NCBI GenBank assembly: GCA_039208375.1
Contig: JBCCRC010000009.1
Location: forward strand, 2,833 to 66,832
Reading direction: 5' to 3'
Source: Pseudomonadota bacterium
GTDB lineage: Bacteria > Pseudomonadota > Alphaproteobacteria > Rhodobacterales > Rhodobacteraceae
DNA: 64,000 nucleotides
This document shows, piece after piece, positions 1 to 9,718 of the stretch; position 1 is the stretch's first letter, and every line of letters starts with the position of its first letter. A program made the translations under genes and the position numbers. The notes beneath the pieces were generated by a model. It was not told where the DNA came from, searched no databases, and worked only from the letters and a program-made list of their open reading frames with translations.

Positions 1-960
1 CCCGACCGCACCAAGCGCTATGCAAAAAAGGCAATCTTTCGGAAGCTGGCCTACACACCCTATGAAAACGCCGCTTTCGCCTTTGCCCCGAACCTCAACG
101 ATGGGGCGCCCGGGGAACGGCGACCGGGTCTCGCTGTTGTGTCGCGCATGGGCTTCGCAGGCGCACCAGAGATCATTCAGGATTTTTTTCCTGCAGTCGA
201 AATCCCACTTCGGGAGCTTGACGGGTCCAGTGCCGGAAGCTTTCGCATCTCGCGCCTCTCCCGCCCCGTTGTGAAGGTGCGGGTGCCCGTAGGCGATGCG
301 GTCATTACAGTGTTCAACTGCCATCTGAAATCGAAGCTTGGCGAATTCATCCGCCCCGATGGGGCACCCTTCCCGCCCGAGGCCGATCTCGTGGCTTACG
401 ATCCCGCGGGCCGCGCGTTGGGCGCACTCCGCTCGGCCTTGCGGCGGATGGCCGAAGCCTGGGTCCTGCGCCGCGCCATCCTGGCCGAACTCGATCGCGG
501 TAACCCGGTAATCGTGCTGGGAGATTTCAACGATGGCGAACACGCGGTGTCCTCAGAGATCATCTCGGGAGAGCGCCCGTTTCGCAACTATGCCTGGATG
601 CGGCGCCACAACGCCGAACGGCCAAACGACCGCTATAGTGAGGAAGAGGCAAAAACGATCACCGAAGCCGTAGAACGCGTGCGCCTGCACTCGGCCGAAA
701 AGCTGTTCGTGCGCCGGTCGCTGCGCGACATGGTCTATACCGCTGCGTTCGGCGGGGTTTTCGAATCGATCGACCAGATCCTGTTTTCACGCCACTTCCA
801 CCCCGAATTCGAAGGGCGGATTGGCGAAATGGAATACTTCTCTGTCTTCAATGATCATCTGACGGACGGGTCACACCCCGAAGCGCCCTACAACAAGCTG
901 GCCTCCGATCATGGGCAGATCATGGCGCATCTGCGCCTTGGCCGGGCCGGCGGGGCGTAA
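1..960 (+). CDS. endonuclease/exonuclease/phosphatase (EEP) family protein, 5' end outside window
   Basis: Frame 1 is open from nt 1 with no stop before the first listed Met at 139. VLGDFND and SDHGQIMAHL near the C-terminus are typical EEP-fold catalytic motifs. Confidence 0.7.
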   Translation, partial: PDRTKRYAKKAIFRKLAYTPYENAAFAFAPNLNDGAPGERRPGLAVVSRMGFAGAPEIIQDFFPAVEIPLRELDGSSAGSFRISRLSRPVVKVRVPVGDAVITVFNCHLKSKLGEFIRPDGAPFPPEADLVAYDPAGRALGALRSALRRMAEAWVLRRAILAELDRGNPVIVLGDFNDGEHAVSSEIISGERPFRNYAWMRRHNAERPNDRYSEEEAKTITEAVERVRLHSAEKLFVRRSLRDMVYTAAFGGVFESIDQILFSRHFHPEFEGRIGEMEYFSVFNDHLTDGSHPEAPYNKLASDHGQIMAHLRLGRAGGA

Positions 961-964
961 CGTG

Positions 965-1753
965 ATGCGGATTGCTTTGGCAGACGGCGTTGGCCTGCAC
1001 TACCGGATCGACGGCCCGGACGGCGGCGCCCCGATCGTGTTCGGCAACTCGCTGGGCACCGATCTCAGGGTCTGGGATCCCCTTCTTGCGCGCTTGCCCG
1101 GCACCTTGCGGATCCTGCGCTATGACAAGCGCGGCCATGGGCTGTCGGATTGCCCGCCTGCGCCCTACAGCATGGGCGTACTCATATCTGATGCCGAGAA
1201 GCTGATCGAAGACGCCGGCTTCGGCGGCGCCGTGTTCGTGGGCCTTTCCATCGGCGGGATGATCGCACAGGGCCTTGCCGTGAAACGCCCCGATCTTCTT
1301 CGCGCCATGGTGCTGTCAAACACTGCCGCCAAGATCGGCACTGCAGAGATGTGGGGCACCCGCATCGAGGCAGCGCGGGCGGGCGGCCTCGATGCATTGG
1401 TGGACGGTACGATGGAACGCTGGTTCTCTTCGCGGTTCCGAGGCACGAGCGAGGTGGCGATCTGGCGCAATATGTTCACCCGCCAGCCGACGGACGGTTG
1501 GATCGGATGCGCCGCCGCAATATCCGGCTCGGATTTCTTCAGCACAACCGCTGGGCTTACCCTGCCCACTCTCGCCATCGCGGGCAGCGAAGATGGGTCA
1601 ACGCCGCCCGATCTGGTGCGCGAGACGGCTGACCTGATCAGCGGGGCAAGGCTGCATCTGATCCGCGGCGCCGGGCACATCCCATGCGTAGAGGCGCCTG
1701 ATGAATACGCCGAAGTGCTTATGGGCTTTCTGGAGGAGATCGGCCATGTCTGA
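965..1753 (+). CDS. pcaD: 3-oxoadipate enol-lactonase (alpha/beta hydrolase)
   Basis: ATG at 965 (MRIALADGVGLHYRIDG). Oxyanion region FGNSLGTD and nucleophile elbow GLSIGG are present. It lies directly upstream of pcaC and pcaB. Confidence 0.8.
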   Translation: MRIALADGVGLHYRIDGPDGGAPIVFGNSLGTDLRVWDPLLARLPGTLRILRYDKRGHGLSDCPPAPYSMGVLISDAEKLIEDAGFGGAVFVGLSIGGMIAQGLAVKRPDLLRAMVLSNTAAKIGTAEMWGTRIEAARAGGLDALVDGTMERWFSSRFRGTSEVAIWRNMFTRQPTDGWIGCAAAISGSDFFSTTAGLTLPTLAIAGSEDGSTPPDLVRETADLISGARLHLIRGAGHIPCVEAPDEYAEVLMGFLEEIGHV

Positions 1754-2132
1754 ACGCAAAGAGGCGGGTATGCGCATCCGCCGGAAGGTGATGGGCGAGG
1801 CGCATGTCGATCGCGCCGAAGCCGCACGAACCGCTTTTGACAGTGGATTTCAGGATTTGATTGCCGAAGGCGCCTGGGGCAGCGTTTGGGCCCGCGGCAC
1901 CATCCCCCTGCGCGAGCGTTCGATGCTCACCATTGCCCTCCTAGCGGCAACAAAGAACTTCGATGAGCTTGCCTTGCACCTCCGCGCCACCGCTAATACA
2001 GGCGCCAGCCGCGCCGATGTGGAAGAAGCGCTGTTGCACGTCGCTATCTACGCCGGAGTTCCTGCCGCAAACCGCGCCTTTGCGATTGCAAAGACCATCT
2101 TCGCAGAGATGGATGCAGGCGAAGGCGCATAG
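1746..2132 (+). CDS. pcaC: 4-carboxymuconolactone decarboxylase
   Basis: ATG at 1746 overlaps the pcaD stop (ATGTCTGA). CMD-family motifs RERSMLTIALLAA and EEALLHVAIYAGVPAA are present. Confidence 0.85.
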   Translation: MSERKEAGMRIRRKVMGEAHVDRAEAARTAFDSGFQDLIAEGAWGSVWARGTIPLRERSMLTIALLAATKNFDELALHLRATANTGASRADVEEALLHVAIYAGVPAANRAFAIAKTIFAEMDAGEGA

Positions 2133-2136
2133 CCCC

Positions 2137-3468
2137 ATGCCCGCCACCCCGCTCGATAGCGAGATCTACAAGGCGCTCTTGGGCGATGCCGAACTGCGCG
2201 CGCTGTTCACCGACAGCGCCGACGTTCGTGCGATGCTTGTCGTCGAGGGAACTCTGGCGAAAGTACAAGGCGATCTCGGCGTCATCCCGGAAGAAAGCGC
2301 GAAAGCCATTCACCGTGCTAGCCTAGAGCTACAAATTGACCCCGCCGCCCTCGCCCCAACAACGGGCCAGAATGCGGTTCCGGTGCCTGCCCTCGTCGCG
2401 GCCTTCCGGAAAGAGATGAATGCGCCAGAACATGCGCAATTCGTGCACTGGGGCGCCACGAGCCAGGATATCATCGATACGGCCCTCGCCCTGCGAGTGA
2501 AGCGGGTGCTTGAGCTCTTTGAAGCGCGCTTGTCGCGGCTGCTCTCAGCCCTGGCCAATCTCAGCGGCCGCCATGCCACCCTTCCGCTTGCCGCACGCAC
2601 CTACGGGCAGGTCGCCACCGTGACGAGTCTCGGCGCTCTCACGGCGGGCTGGGGCCGCCCGCTTCTGGAAGCGCGTGGGGATTTAAGCCGCATTCGAAAC
2701 ACCTGCCTGAACGTGAGCCTCTCAGGCGCGGCCGGCACGCTTGCGGCCATGGGGTCGAACGGCCCGGAAATACGCGCCGGCCTTGCCGATGGCCTCGGCC
2801 TTAGCGTGCCAGATGGAAGTTGGCATTCAGACCGGCGCGGGCCTGCAACACTTGCTGCTTGGTTGACACTGATTGCCGGCGCTCTCGGCAAGCTTGGCCA
2901 CGATCTTCACCAGATGGCGCAATCGGGGGTCGAAGAGATCACCTTCAGCGCAGGAGGGCGCTCTTCAACGATGCCGCAAAAGGCCAACCCCGTGCAAGCA
3001 GTGCTGCTCGGGGCGATCGCGCGACAGATCGTGGCGCTGAACGCCGTGGTGCAAGGCGGCCTTTTGCACGAGCGGGAACGTGACGGCGCGGCGTGGATTT
3101 CGGAATGGTTGAGCCTGCCACAGATGTGCCTGCTGACCGGGCGCGCCCTTTCCGTCGCAGACGAGGCGTGCACCGCGCTCACACCAATGCCCGATGCAAT
3201 GGCGCGCAACATCGATCCGGAGGGCACTGGACTCATCTATGCCGAAGCGCTGACCTTCGCGCTGAGTCAAATCATGCCGCGGCCCGAGGCACAGGCGAAG
3301 ATCGCGGCGCTGTGCACAGAGGCACGTGAAACGGGGGCGTCGCTGGCCTCTCTTGTAGCGCGCGATCACCCGGGCGATTGGGCCGCATGTGCCACGCCTG
3401 AAGCACAACTTGGTCAGGCCCCGGCAGAGGCGCGCGCCTTTGCCGCCAGGGTGCGCGCAGATGGATAA
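2137..3468 (+). CDS. pcaB: 3-carboxy-cis,cis-muconate cycloisomerase (fumarate-lyase superfamily)
   Basis: Internal Met (MPATPLDSEIYK) lies 5 nt after the pcaC stop. Signatures HWGATSQDIIDT and SSTMPQKANP are present. Confidence 0.85.
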   Translation: MPATPLDSEIYKALLGDAELRALFTDSADVRAMLVVEGTLAKVQGDLGVIPEESAKAIHRASLELQIDPAALAPTTGQNAVPVPALVAAFRKEMNAPEHAQFVHWGATSQDIIDTALALRVKRVLELFEARLSRLLSALANLSGRHATLPLAARTYGQVATVTSLGALTAGWGRPLLEARGDLSRIRNTCLNVSLSGAAGTLAAMGSNGPEIRAGLADGLGLSVPDGSWHSDRRGPATLAAWLTLIAGALGKLGHDLHQMAQSGVEEITFSAGGRSSTMPQKANPVQAVLLGAIARQIVALNAVVQGGLLHERERDGAAWISEWLSLPQMCLLTGRALSVADEACTALTPMPDAMARNIDPEGTGLIYAEALTFALSQIMPRPEAQAKIAALCTEARETGASLASLVARDHPGDWAACATPEAQLGQAPAEARAFAARVRADG

Positions 3469-4684
3469 CCCGCCGCGATCGCAGCGCCTGCCGCTGACGT
3501 TCATTCTGATTACCGTGATGATCGACTCTATGGGGATCGGTCTGATCATTCCGGTCATGCCCGACCTGATCCGCGAGGTGGATGGCGGGTCGCTCGCCGA
3601 AGCCGCAGTATGGGGCGGCGTGCTTTCGACCATCTTCGCGGTCATGCAATTTCTTTTCGCGCCGATTCTGGGAAGCCTGTCAGATCAATTCGGGCGCCGC
3701 CCGATCCTTTTGATCTCACTCGTCGTAATGGCGCTAGACTACCTTATCATGGCAGTTGCCGGTGCAATCTGGCTTCTCTTTCTGGGGCGGATGGTGGGGG
3801 GTATCACTGCTGCAACCCAATCTGTTGCCAACGCCTATATGGCCGATATCAGTACCGCAGAAGAGAAATCCGCGCGCTTCGGCCTCGTCGGCGCGGCTTT
3901 CGGCGTTGGCTTCGTGCTCGGGCCCCTGATCGGCGGCCTGCTCGCCGAATTCGGCACCCGAGCGCCCTTCTACGCGGCCGCGGCGCTGGCGGCCGCGAAT
4001 GCCGTCTTTGGCTTTTTGGTGCTGCCAGAGACCGTGACCGATGCCACGCGGCGCCGCTTCACCTGGGCGCGGGCGAACCCGCTTGGCGCCTTCTCAGCCG
4101 TGACAGCACTTCCGGGCCTGAAGCGGCTGGTGGCGGTGTTCTTTCTCTACCAGGTGGCCTTCTGGGTGTATCCCGCAATCTGGGCCTATTTCACCCGGGC
4201 ACGTTTTGGCTGGGACGCCGCGATGGTAGGCCTGTCACTGGCCTCGTTCGGGATCGCGATTGCGCTGGTGCAGGGCGGGCTGATCCGCGTGATCCTGCGC
4301 TACCTTGGGGATCGTGGCACGGTGATCTTCGGGCTCTGCTTCAACTTTTGCGCCTTCCTCGCCCTGGCGCTTGTGACAAACAGCACACTCGCGCTCATCC
4401 TGACACCCCTTACTGCGTTGGGCGCCGTTGTTACCCCGGCCTTGCAAGGCATCGCCTCCCGCACAGTGTCCGCCAATGCGCAGGGCGAGCTGCAAGGCGT
4501 TCTTACGAGCACGATGGCGCTGTCGATGATCCTGTCGCCCCTGATCATGACGGGTGTGTTTTGGCAGTTTACCAGCGAAAGCGCGCCGGTATTCCTGCCC
4601 GGTGCCCCGTTTCTAGTGAGCATGGTTCTCATGGTCGTCTGTGCGATTGTCTATCTTGCCCGGCCCGAGCAGCAGGCGGCATGA
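3461..4684 (+). CDS. MFS transporter (Tet/TCR-like, 12 TM)
   Basis: ATG at 3461 overlaps the pcaB stop (ATGGATAA). MFS motif A GSLSDQFGRRP is present, with hydrophobic helices throughout. Confidence 0.85.
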   Translation: MDNPPRSQRLPLTFILITVMIDSMGIGLIIPVMPDLIREVDGGSLAEAAVWGGVLSTIFAVMQFLFAPILGSLSDQFGRRPILLISLVVMALDYLIMAVAGAIWLLFLGRMVGGITAATQSVANAYMADISTAEEKSARFGLVGAAFGVGFVLGPLIGGLLAEFGTRAPFYAAAALAAANAVFGFLVLPETVTDATRRRFTWARANPLGAFSAVTALPGLKRLVAVFFLYQVAFWVYPAIWAYFTRARFGWDAAMVGLSLASFGIAIALVQGGLIRVILRYLGDRGTVIFGLCFNFCAFLALALVTNSTLALILTPLTALGAVVTPALQGIASRTVSANAQGELQGVLTSTMALSMILSPLIMTGVFWQFTSESAPVFLPGAPFLVSMVLMVVCAIVYLARPEQQAA

Positions 4685-4749
4685 GCGCCATCGCCTCTCA
4701 GCCCATGCAGCCGCTGCATAGGGCAACGCAACTAAACTAGGGGCATGAC

Positions 4750-5979
4750 ATGAAACTACGTGATCTCGACATCATCATCACTGCACCGCCGGCGCCGGGC
4801 TGGGGCGGGCGCTACTGGATCCTCGTAAAGCTCAACACTGCATGCGGCATCACCGGATGGGGCGAATGCTACGCTGCCGCAGTTGGGCCCAACGCGATGC
4901 GGGCGGTGATCGAAGACGTTTTCACCCGGCATATGGCCGGCGAGAACCCAGAGAACGTTGAACTGATGTTTCGCCGCGCCTATTCCTCAGGTTTCACGCA
5001 GCGGCCAGACCCAACAGTGATCGGCGCGTTTTCAGGGCTGGAAATCGCGTGCTGGGACATTCTTGGCAAGGCGCGCGAGCGGCCTGTCTGGGCGCTGCTC
5101 GGAGGCCGCATGAATGATCGCGTGCGCGCCTATACCTACCTCTATCCCCTTGCCCACCACGATAGGCGCGCGTTTTGGACGTCACCGGATCTTGCCGCCG
5201 AAGCTGCCGCGGGGGCGGTTGCGCAGGGCTACACCGCGGTCAAGTTCGATCCCGCGGGGCCCTATACGATCCGGGGCGGACACGAACCGGCGCGCTCTGA
5301 CATAGCACTGTCAGTGGCGTTCTGCGCAGCCATTCGCGAGGGGGTGGGCGACCGAGCGGATCTTCTCTTCGGTACGCACGGCCAGTTCGCCACCGGCGGC
5401 GCGATCCGGCTTGGCCGGGCAATCGCACCCTATGATCCGCTTTGGTTCGAAGAGCCCATTCCGCCCGATAGTTACAGCGCCCTCCAGCGCGTTGTGGCGG
5501 GCCAGCCCGTGACCGTTGCCACCGGCGAGCGGCTCACCACCAAGAGCGAATTTGCCGCAGCGCTGGCAGCAGGAGCGGGCATTCTGCAACCCGCGCTTGG
5601 GCGGGCCGGAGGGATCTGGGAAACCAAGAAGATCGCCGCGCTGGCCGAAGCGCACACCGCGCTTATGGCGCCCCACCTTTACGCCGGGCCGGTGGAATGG
5701 GCGGCCAACATTCACCTCGCGGTCAGCCTTCCGAACCTTTTGATGTGCGAGACGATCGAAACGCCATTCCATGCCGATCTGATCAGGGGTGCAATTTCGG
5801 TTGAATCCGGGTTCATCCCGGCCCCAACCGCTCCTGGGCTTGGGATCGAGGTCAACGAAGCTCTCGCCCGCGCGCACCCCTATTTGGGAGACGCGCTACA
5901 CCTCGAAATGCAGGAAGCGCCCTGCAACTATTCCGACGGAAACAGTTTCGAAGGTGGCGCGCCGGCGCCAGAGGGCTAG
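4750..5979 (+). CDS. enolase-superfamily enzyme (mandelate racemase/muconate lactonizing, acid-sugar dehydratase-like)
   Basis: 409 aa. Capping domain (WGECYAA, LEIACWD) and barrel (WFEEPIPPD, VATGERL) are typical of the MR/MLE family. Confidence 0.8.
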   Translation: MKLRDLDIIITAPPAPGWGGRYWILVKLNTACGITGWGECYAAAVGPNAMRAVIEDVFTRHMAGENPENVELMFRRAYSSGFTQRPDPTVIGAFSGLEIACWDILGKARERPVWALLGGRMNDRVRAYTYLYPLAHHDRRAFWTSPDLAAEAAAGAVAQGYTAVKFDPAGPYTIRGGHEPARSDIALSVAFCAAIREGVGDRADLLFGTHGQFATGGAIRLGRAIAPYDPLWFEEPIPPDSYSALQRVVAGQPVTVATGERLTTKSEFAAALAAGAGILQPALGRAGGIWETKKIAALAEAHTALMAPHLYAGPVEWAANIHLAVSLPNLLMCETIETPFHADLIRGAISVESGFIPAPTAPGLGIEVNEALARAHPYLGDALHLEMQEAPCNYSDGNSFEGGAPAPEG

Positions 5980-6011
5980 ACGGGGCTGCGCCCGCTGCTA
6001 AATCGCCATCG

Positions 6012-6695
6012 GTGATATTTGTTCTTACGCCATCGAACCTGCGCAACCCTTCGGCCCTGGAAGCGCGCAGCCTGCCCAAACAGATCTTTGGGCGGAGCGT
6101 GACGATCATCCCCAAAGGCGTGTTCTTCAGCCGCGTGTTCTGGCGTCTGGTATTCGAGCATGCGCTCACGCGCTACCTGATTGCGCTCACGCCATTCCCG
6201 ATCGCCATGCTGATCTGGCCACACCTTGCGCTCCCGATCAGCCAAGCACCGCTGTTGATGTTTATCGCGATCTGGTTCTTCGAATCCCGCGTGCTCTCGA
6301 TCCCGCCTGACAAGCGCAGGGGGTTGGTGGACCGTGACGAGGCCGCGCGCGTGACAGACCGTTTGCGGGAGCGTTCGCTGCGCGCGCTGACCCGCATTGC
6401 AGCCGCGCGGCAGATCGAACGCGGGGATTTGCACCTTGTCGTCGAGCAGTCGGAAATGGCCCGTGTGCCACCCTTCGGTTATGTCTCAGTGCAACATGAT
6501 GCGCCGGGGGGGCCAGAGCTTCTGGATCTTACCGCCGACGAAGAGACGATGATCCTCGAAACGCTCTTTGACGAGGATCTGACCGAAAAGCGCTTGCTCC
6601 ACGTGAACTTTTCGCAAAGCCAGTTCCTGCGCAATGCAGTGCTCGATCCGCAGACGATTTCGGCCCATGCACGCATGGCCGCGCTCGCGGGGTAG
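6012..6695 (+). CDS. hypothetical membrane protein
   Basis: GC3-rich ORF with a GTG start. Hydrophobic helices (LIALTPFPIAMLIWPHLALPI, LLMFIAIWFFE) are followed by an acidic soluble half. No family recognised. Confidence 0.5.
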   Translation: MIFVLTPSNLRNPSALEARSLPKQIFGRSVTIIPKGVFFSRVFWRLVFEHALTRYLIALTPFPIAMLIWPHLALPISQAPLLMFIAIWFFESRVLSIPPDKRRGLVDRDEAARVTDRLRERSLRALTRIAAARQIERGDLHLVVEQSEMARVPPFGYVSVQHDAPGGPELLDLTADEETMILETLFDEDLTEKRLLHVNFSQSQFLRNAVLDPQTISAHARMAALAG

Positions 6696-6785
6696 GGCAT
6701 CTGCAATCAAAGTGCGCCGTCATCACGCCACTTCGGGCAAATATGCCTGCTAGGCCTGCGATGGCGCAGTGGGTGAGCGCGAGAC

Positions 6786-8027
6786 CTAGCGCGCAAGGCT
6801 CACCACACGCCCAAAGGGCGGCGCGGGCGGTGCCCCATCCGGCACCGCCCAGATCACGGGAATGCGCCCCGGCGCCTCGCCCAGAGGCCCCTCAAGATCG
6901 GTGAGCACCACAATCGCTGACGGGGCAAGCGCTCGCGCCCGGGCCAACACCGGCCGAAAATCGGTGCCGCCGCCTTCTGCCAATGGTATTGCTGCAATCT
7001 CGCCCGCCCAATTCCGGCCTTGAAGCCGCGTTTCAGACCGCACCTCTTCATCGAATACGAGCACGTGAACCTCTGCCCCCGAACGCTGCCCGATCCCGGC
7101 GATCTGGGCCGCGAACAGCCCCAAGCGCGCCGCATCGATCGAGGTTGAGACATCAAGCGCGACCGCAACGCTCGGGATGCGTCGGCGCCGTTCGGTTCCC
7201 GGCTCGAAGCCCGGCACTGGCGTACCGCCAACCCGCGATGCCGCCTCGGCCGCCAGCCAGCGTCGAGATGGGCGGGCATGGCTGCGGCGTGGGCCTTCTG
7301 CGAGCACCCGGGCGAGCATCCCGCGCAACAAAATTTCCCAGGGAACCCGAGGTTCAGGCATATCGGCAAACCGGCCCACGCGAGCGCCGATGCCCCGGCC
7401 CGCCGCACGCCCCGCCTCAAGCGCACGGCTCAACCTTTCGCGCCAATCGGCGTCACTTACCATGTCGTCGCCCGCGCCCGCACCAGGCTCGAGATCAGCC
7501 TCAAAACCTCGGCTTCTGGCATAGGCCTCGATCGCATGGCCCTCGCCGCCCGAGCCGTCGCGACGGGCCATCAGGCGCACGTAAAGCGTGTCGGCATCCC
7601 ACCGCGCCGCGGTTGCCTCATCGCCCGCAAGCCCCGCCGCCGCCAGTGTTTCTTCCAGCGTCGGATAGGGCCGTGGTAACGTATACCCCGCCGCCGCGAG
7701 CACTTCGTTGACAACAGCATCGGCGGCAAGATTGTAAACGTCGCTCTCAAAGGCCGCGCCGAACCGGCGGTAAAGGGCATCCGCACGGCCCGCATGGCCC
7801 AGCGCGATGTGAAGGATATGGTGCGCCGCGAGGGCGGCCTGCTCGGCCAAGGCCAACGCCTCAAACGCGCCGCCATAGCGAATGGTTGTGGCCGTGCTGA
7901 CAGCCCTCAGGCTGTCTGCCGGATCATCGCGGTGCTGGCACCAAAGCGCGAGCGCGCCCAGCGCGGGATCGTCTTCCGCCAGCCGCCGAAGTGCGCGCTC
8001 GGCACGTGTGGAATGCCCCCCGGGCAC
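6786..8027 (-). CDS. VWA-like domain protein with N-terminal metallopeptidase-like region (DUF2201 type), partner of the MoxR ATPase
   Basis: N-terminal AAHHILHIALGH...AADAVVNEVL and C-terminal VWA-like strands (VAVALDVSTSID, VVVLTDLEG). Starts 4 nt after the AAA ATPase gene. Confidence 0.75.
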   Translation of the reverse strand: MPGGHSTRAERALRRLAEDDPALGALALWCQHRDDPADSLRAVSTATTIRYGGAFEALALAEQAALAAHHILHIALGHAGRADALYRRFGAAFESDVYNLAADAVVNEVLAAAGYTLPRPYPTLEETLAAAGLAGDEATAARWDADTLYVRLMARRDGSGGEGHAIEAYARSRGFEADLEPGAGAGDDMVSDADWRERLSRALEAGRAAGRGIGARVGRFADMPEPRVPWEILLRGMLARVLAEGPRRSHARPSRRWLAAEAASRVGGTPVPGFEPGTERRRRIPSVAVALDVSTSIDAARLGLFAAQIAGIGQRSGAEVHVLVFDEEVRSETRLQGRNWAGEIAAIPLAEGGGTDFRPVLARARALAPSAIVVLTDLEGPLGEAPGRIPVIWAVPDGAPPAPPFGRVVSLAR

Positions 8028-8030
8028 GGG

Positions 8031-9149
8031 CTAGTCGAGCCCCAGCGCTTTGCGTTCGTCAAGATAGGCTCGGAAGGTATCGGATGCGAGGAATCGCTCG
8101 CTAATGCCCTCACTCAAACCCTTCCGCATCAAGGCCTCAAAGCCGTAGGTCACAAGCTCGGCAAGGGGCAGCCCGGCCAAGGCAGGCTCGTCGCGCTTGC
8201 CGGGCAGATCACGAATGGCGGCGAGCGTGTCGATTACCGCATCCGCGCGCTCGGCATCCAGCGCGCCGACCAACCCATGCACTAGCGCCGTGAGCCCGTA
8301 AAGTGAAACCGGGTACATCGCAACGCGGTTGGCCGGTGTTTCATCCAGCATCTCATCCACCTTTACCGTGGCGGCCACATCATCGGCAACGATGGCGAAC
8401 TCGGAAGCCGCTGCTTCGCCCACAGTACCCGCCACCATGGCATTGCGGTGACGTCTGTCGGTCACGGCCTTGAGAATCGCACTCACTCGGGCCCACGAGC
8501 GGGGTGTACAGGCGATCATCTCGCCCCGCGAAAGCGCTTCCTCGGTGGTTTCCAAAAGATCGGGGCGGGTACGGATGAACGCGGTCACTGCCGGGTGCAA
8601 GCCCTGAGGCACTGCGTAGTTTTCGATCCAATCGGCCGCACTGGCAGTGATGTGAAGATGAATCAGCCTGTCTGACAGCGCTGTTCCCATCTCGTAGGCC
8701 ACCGCACCGTCTTCCACGGTGTTTCCTGCGGCGATGATCATCACGCTGTCGGGAAGCCTGTGCCGCCCCACGCGCCGTTCCTGCAACAGCCCGTAAACGG
8801 TAGGCTGCAGGTAGGGCGAGGCCGCCGTTAGCTCATCAAGAAACAGGATCGCCGGGTTAGCGGGGTCGTCAGGCAAGTCCTCTGGCCGATACCAAACCGT
8901 CTTGCCCGCCTCATGATCGTAATAGGGCAAGCCGCGCAGATCCTGCGGCTCAATTGTTGTAAGGCGCAGATCGAACAATTTGGCTCCGATATCGCCCGCC
9001 AGCGTTTCAACAATCTCGGTTTTGCCCACGCCGGGCCGCCCATGAAGCATATATGATGCGGTAAGGGTGCCCTTTGCTTGCGCGTCCCACCCAGCCCGCA
9101 AGAGGCCCAGCGCTTCACCTGCCGAAACCCGGCTTGCATTGATCGCCAT
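8031..9149 (-). CDS. MoxR-like AAA+ ATPase (AAA_5 type)
   Basis: Walker A GRPGVGKTE, Walker B ILFLDELT, sensor region IIAAGN. Confidence 0.85.
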   Translation of the reverse strand: MAINASRVSAGEALGLLRAGWDAQAKGTLTASYMLHGRPGVGKTEIVETLAGDIGAKLFDLRLTTIEPQDLRGLPYYDHEAGKTVWYRPEDLPDDPANPAILFLDELTAASPYLQPTVYGLLQERRVGRHRLPDSVMIIAAGNTVEDGAVAYEMGTALSDRLIHLHITASAADWIENYAVPQGLHPAVTAFIRTRPDLLETTEEALSRGEMIACTPRSWARVSAILKAVTDRRHRNAMVAGTVGEAAASEFAIVADDVAATVKVDEMLDETPANRVAMYPVSLYGLTALVHGLVGALDAERADAVIDTLAAIRDLPGKRDEPALAGLPLAELVTYGFEALMRKGLSEGISERFLASDTFRAYLDERKALGLD

Positions 9150-9391
9150 ATGCGACCCCGTGATTCATCTGTCGTTGAGCCTCACTTGGCGCGCCGAAGC
9201 GTGTTGTAAAGCCCGCCCAAGGCACGGGCCTAAGCGATTAGGTTGCAGACCAGATCCCGCTTTGTCTTGTTTTTCACTTTCTTCTTCCTTTTCTTTTTCT
9301 TCTTGATCTTCTTATTGCTAACCGGCGTGTCACAATCGGCGCTCGACGGGGCATTGGCGGCTGATGCGCCGCCTCTATTCCTTCCAGTTGC

Positions 9392-9712
9392 TTAGGTTTT
9401 TGCGGGCTCCGCGGCATTCACTGGTTGTTCCGCAGCCTTTGCCTGCTGGGTGCCCTCTGTCTCAGCCAATACTTCACCCTTGCCGGCCCCGGCCGCCGGT
9501 GTGCCGCCGGCTTTCGGCGGCAGCGCATCGCCCAAAAGATCGGCCTCGGCAATTTCAACGTTGATGCGGTTCGCCGTGGTTTCAGACCCCCCACGCAGCG
9601 ATGCCGCTGCAAAAACGGCAACGGGAACAACCATCGCGCCAACGATAACAAACTCCGCCGACGTCACACCGCGGGTATCGCGGAAAAGCGCTCTGCGGGG
9701 CGTCGAGCACAC
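9392..9712 (-). CDS. small Flp/TadE-like prepilin-motif protein with an acidic low-complexity tail
   Basis: GTG start. N-terminus FRDTRG/VTSAEFVIVGAMVVPVAV resembles the G/xxxxEY(F) Flp-TadE leader plus hydrophobic helix. No other tad genes nearby. Confidence 0.45.
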   Translation of the reverse strand: MCSTPRRALFRDTRGVTSAEFVIVGAMVVPVAVFAAASLRGGSETTANRINVEIAEADLLGDALPPKAGGTPAAGAGKGEVLAETEGTQQAKAAEQPVNAAEPAKT

Positions 9713-9718
9713 AGGGGA

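Noticed and set aside
9233-9394. Stop-codon read-through of the Flp-like ORF into an in-frame poly-Lys tail (...SNKKIKKKKKRKKKVKNKTKRDL), or a 26-aa Arg/Lys peptide gene (9274-9354).
   Set aside because: An open frame of about 50 codons after a stop is common in GC-rich DNA. There is no read-through context or start/SD evidence. It is kept only as a remark under the polypurine-tract finding.
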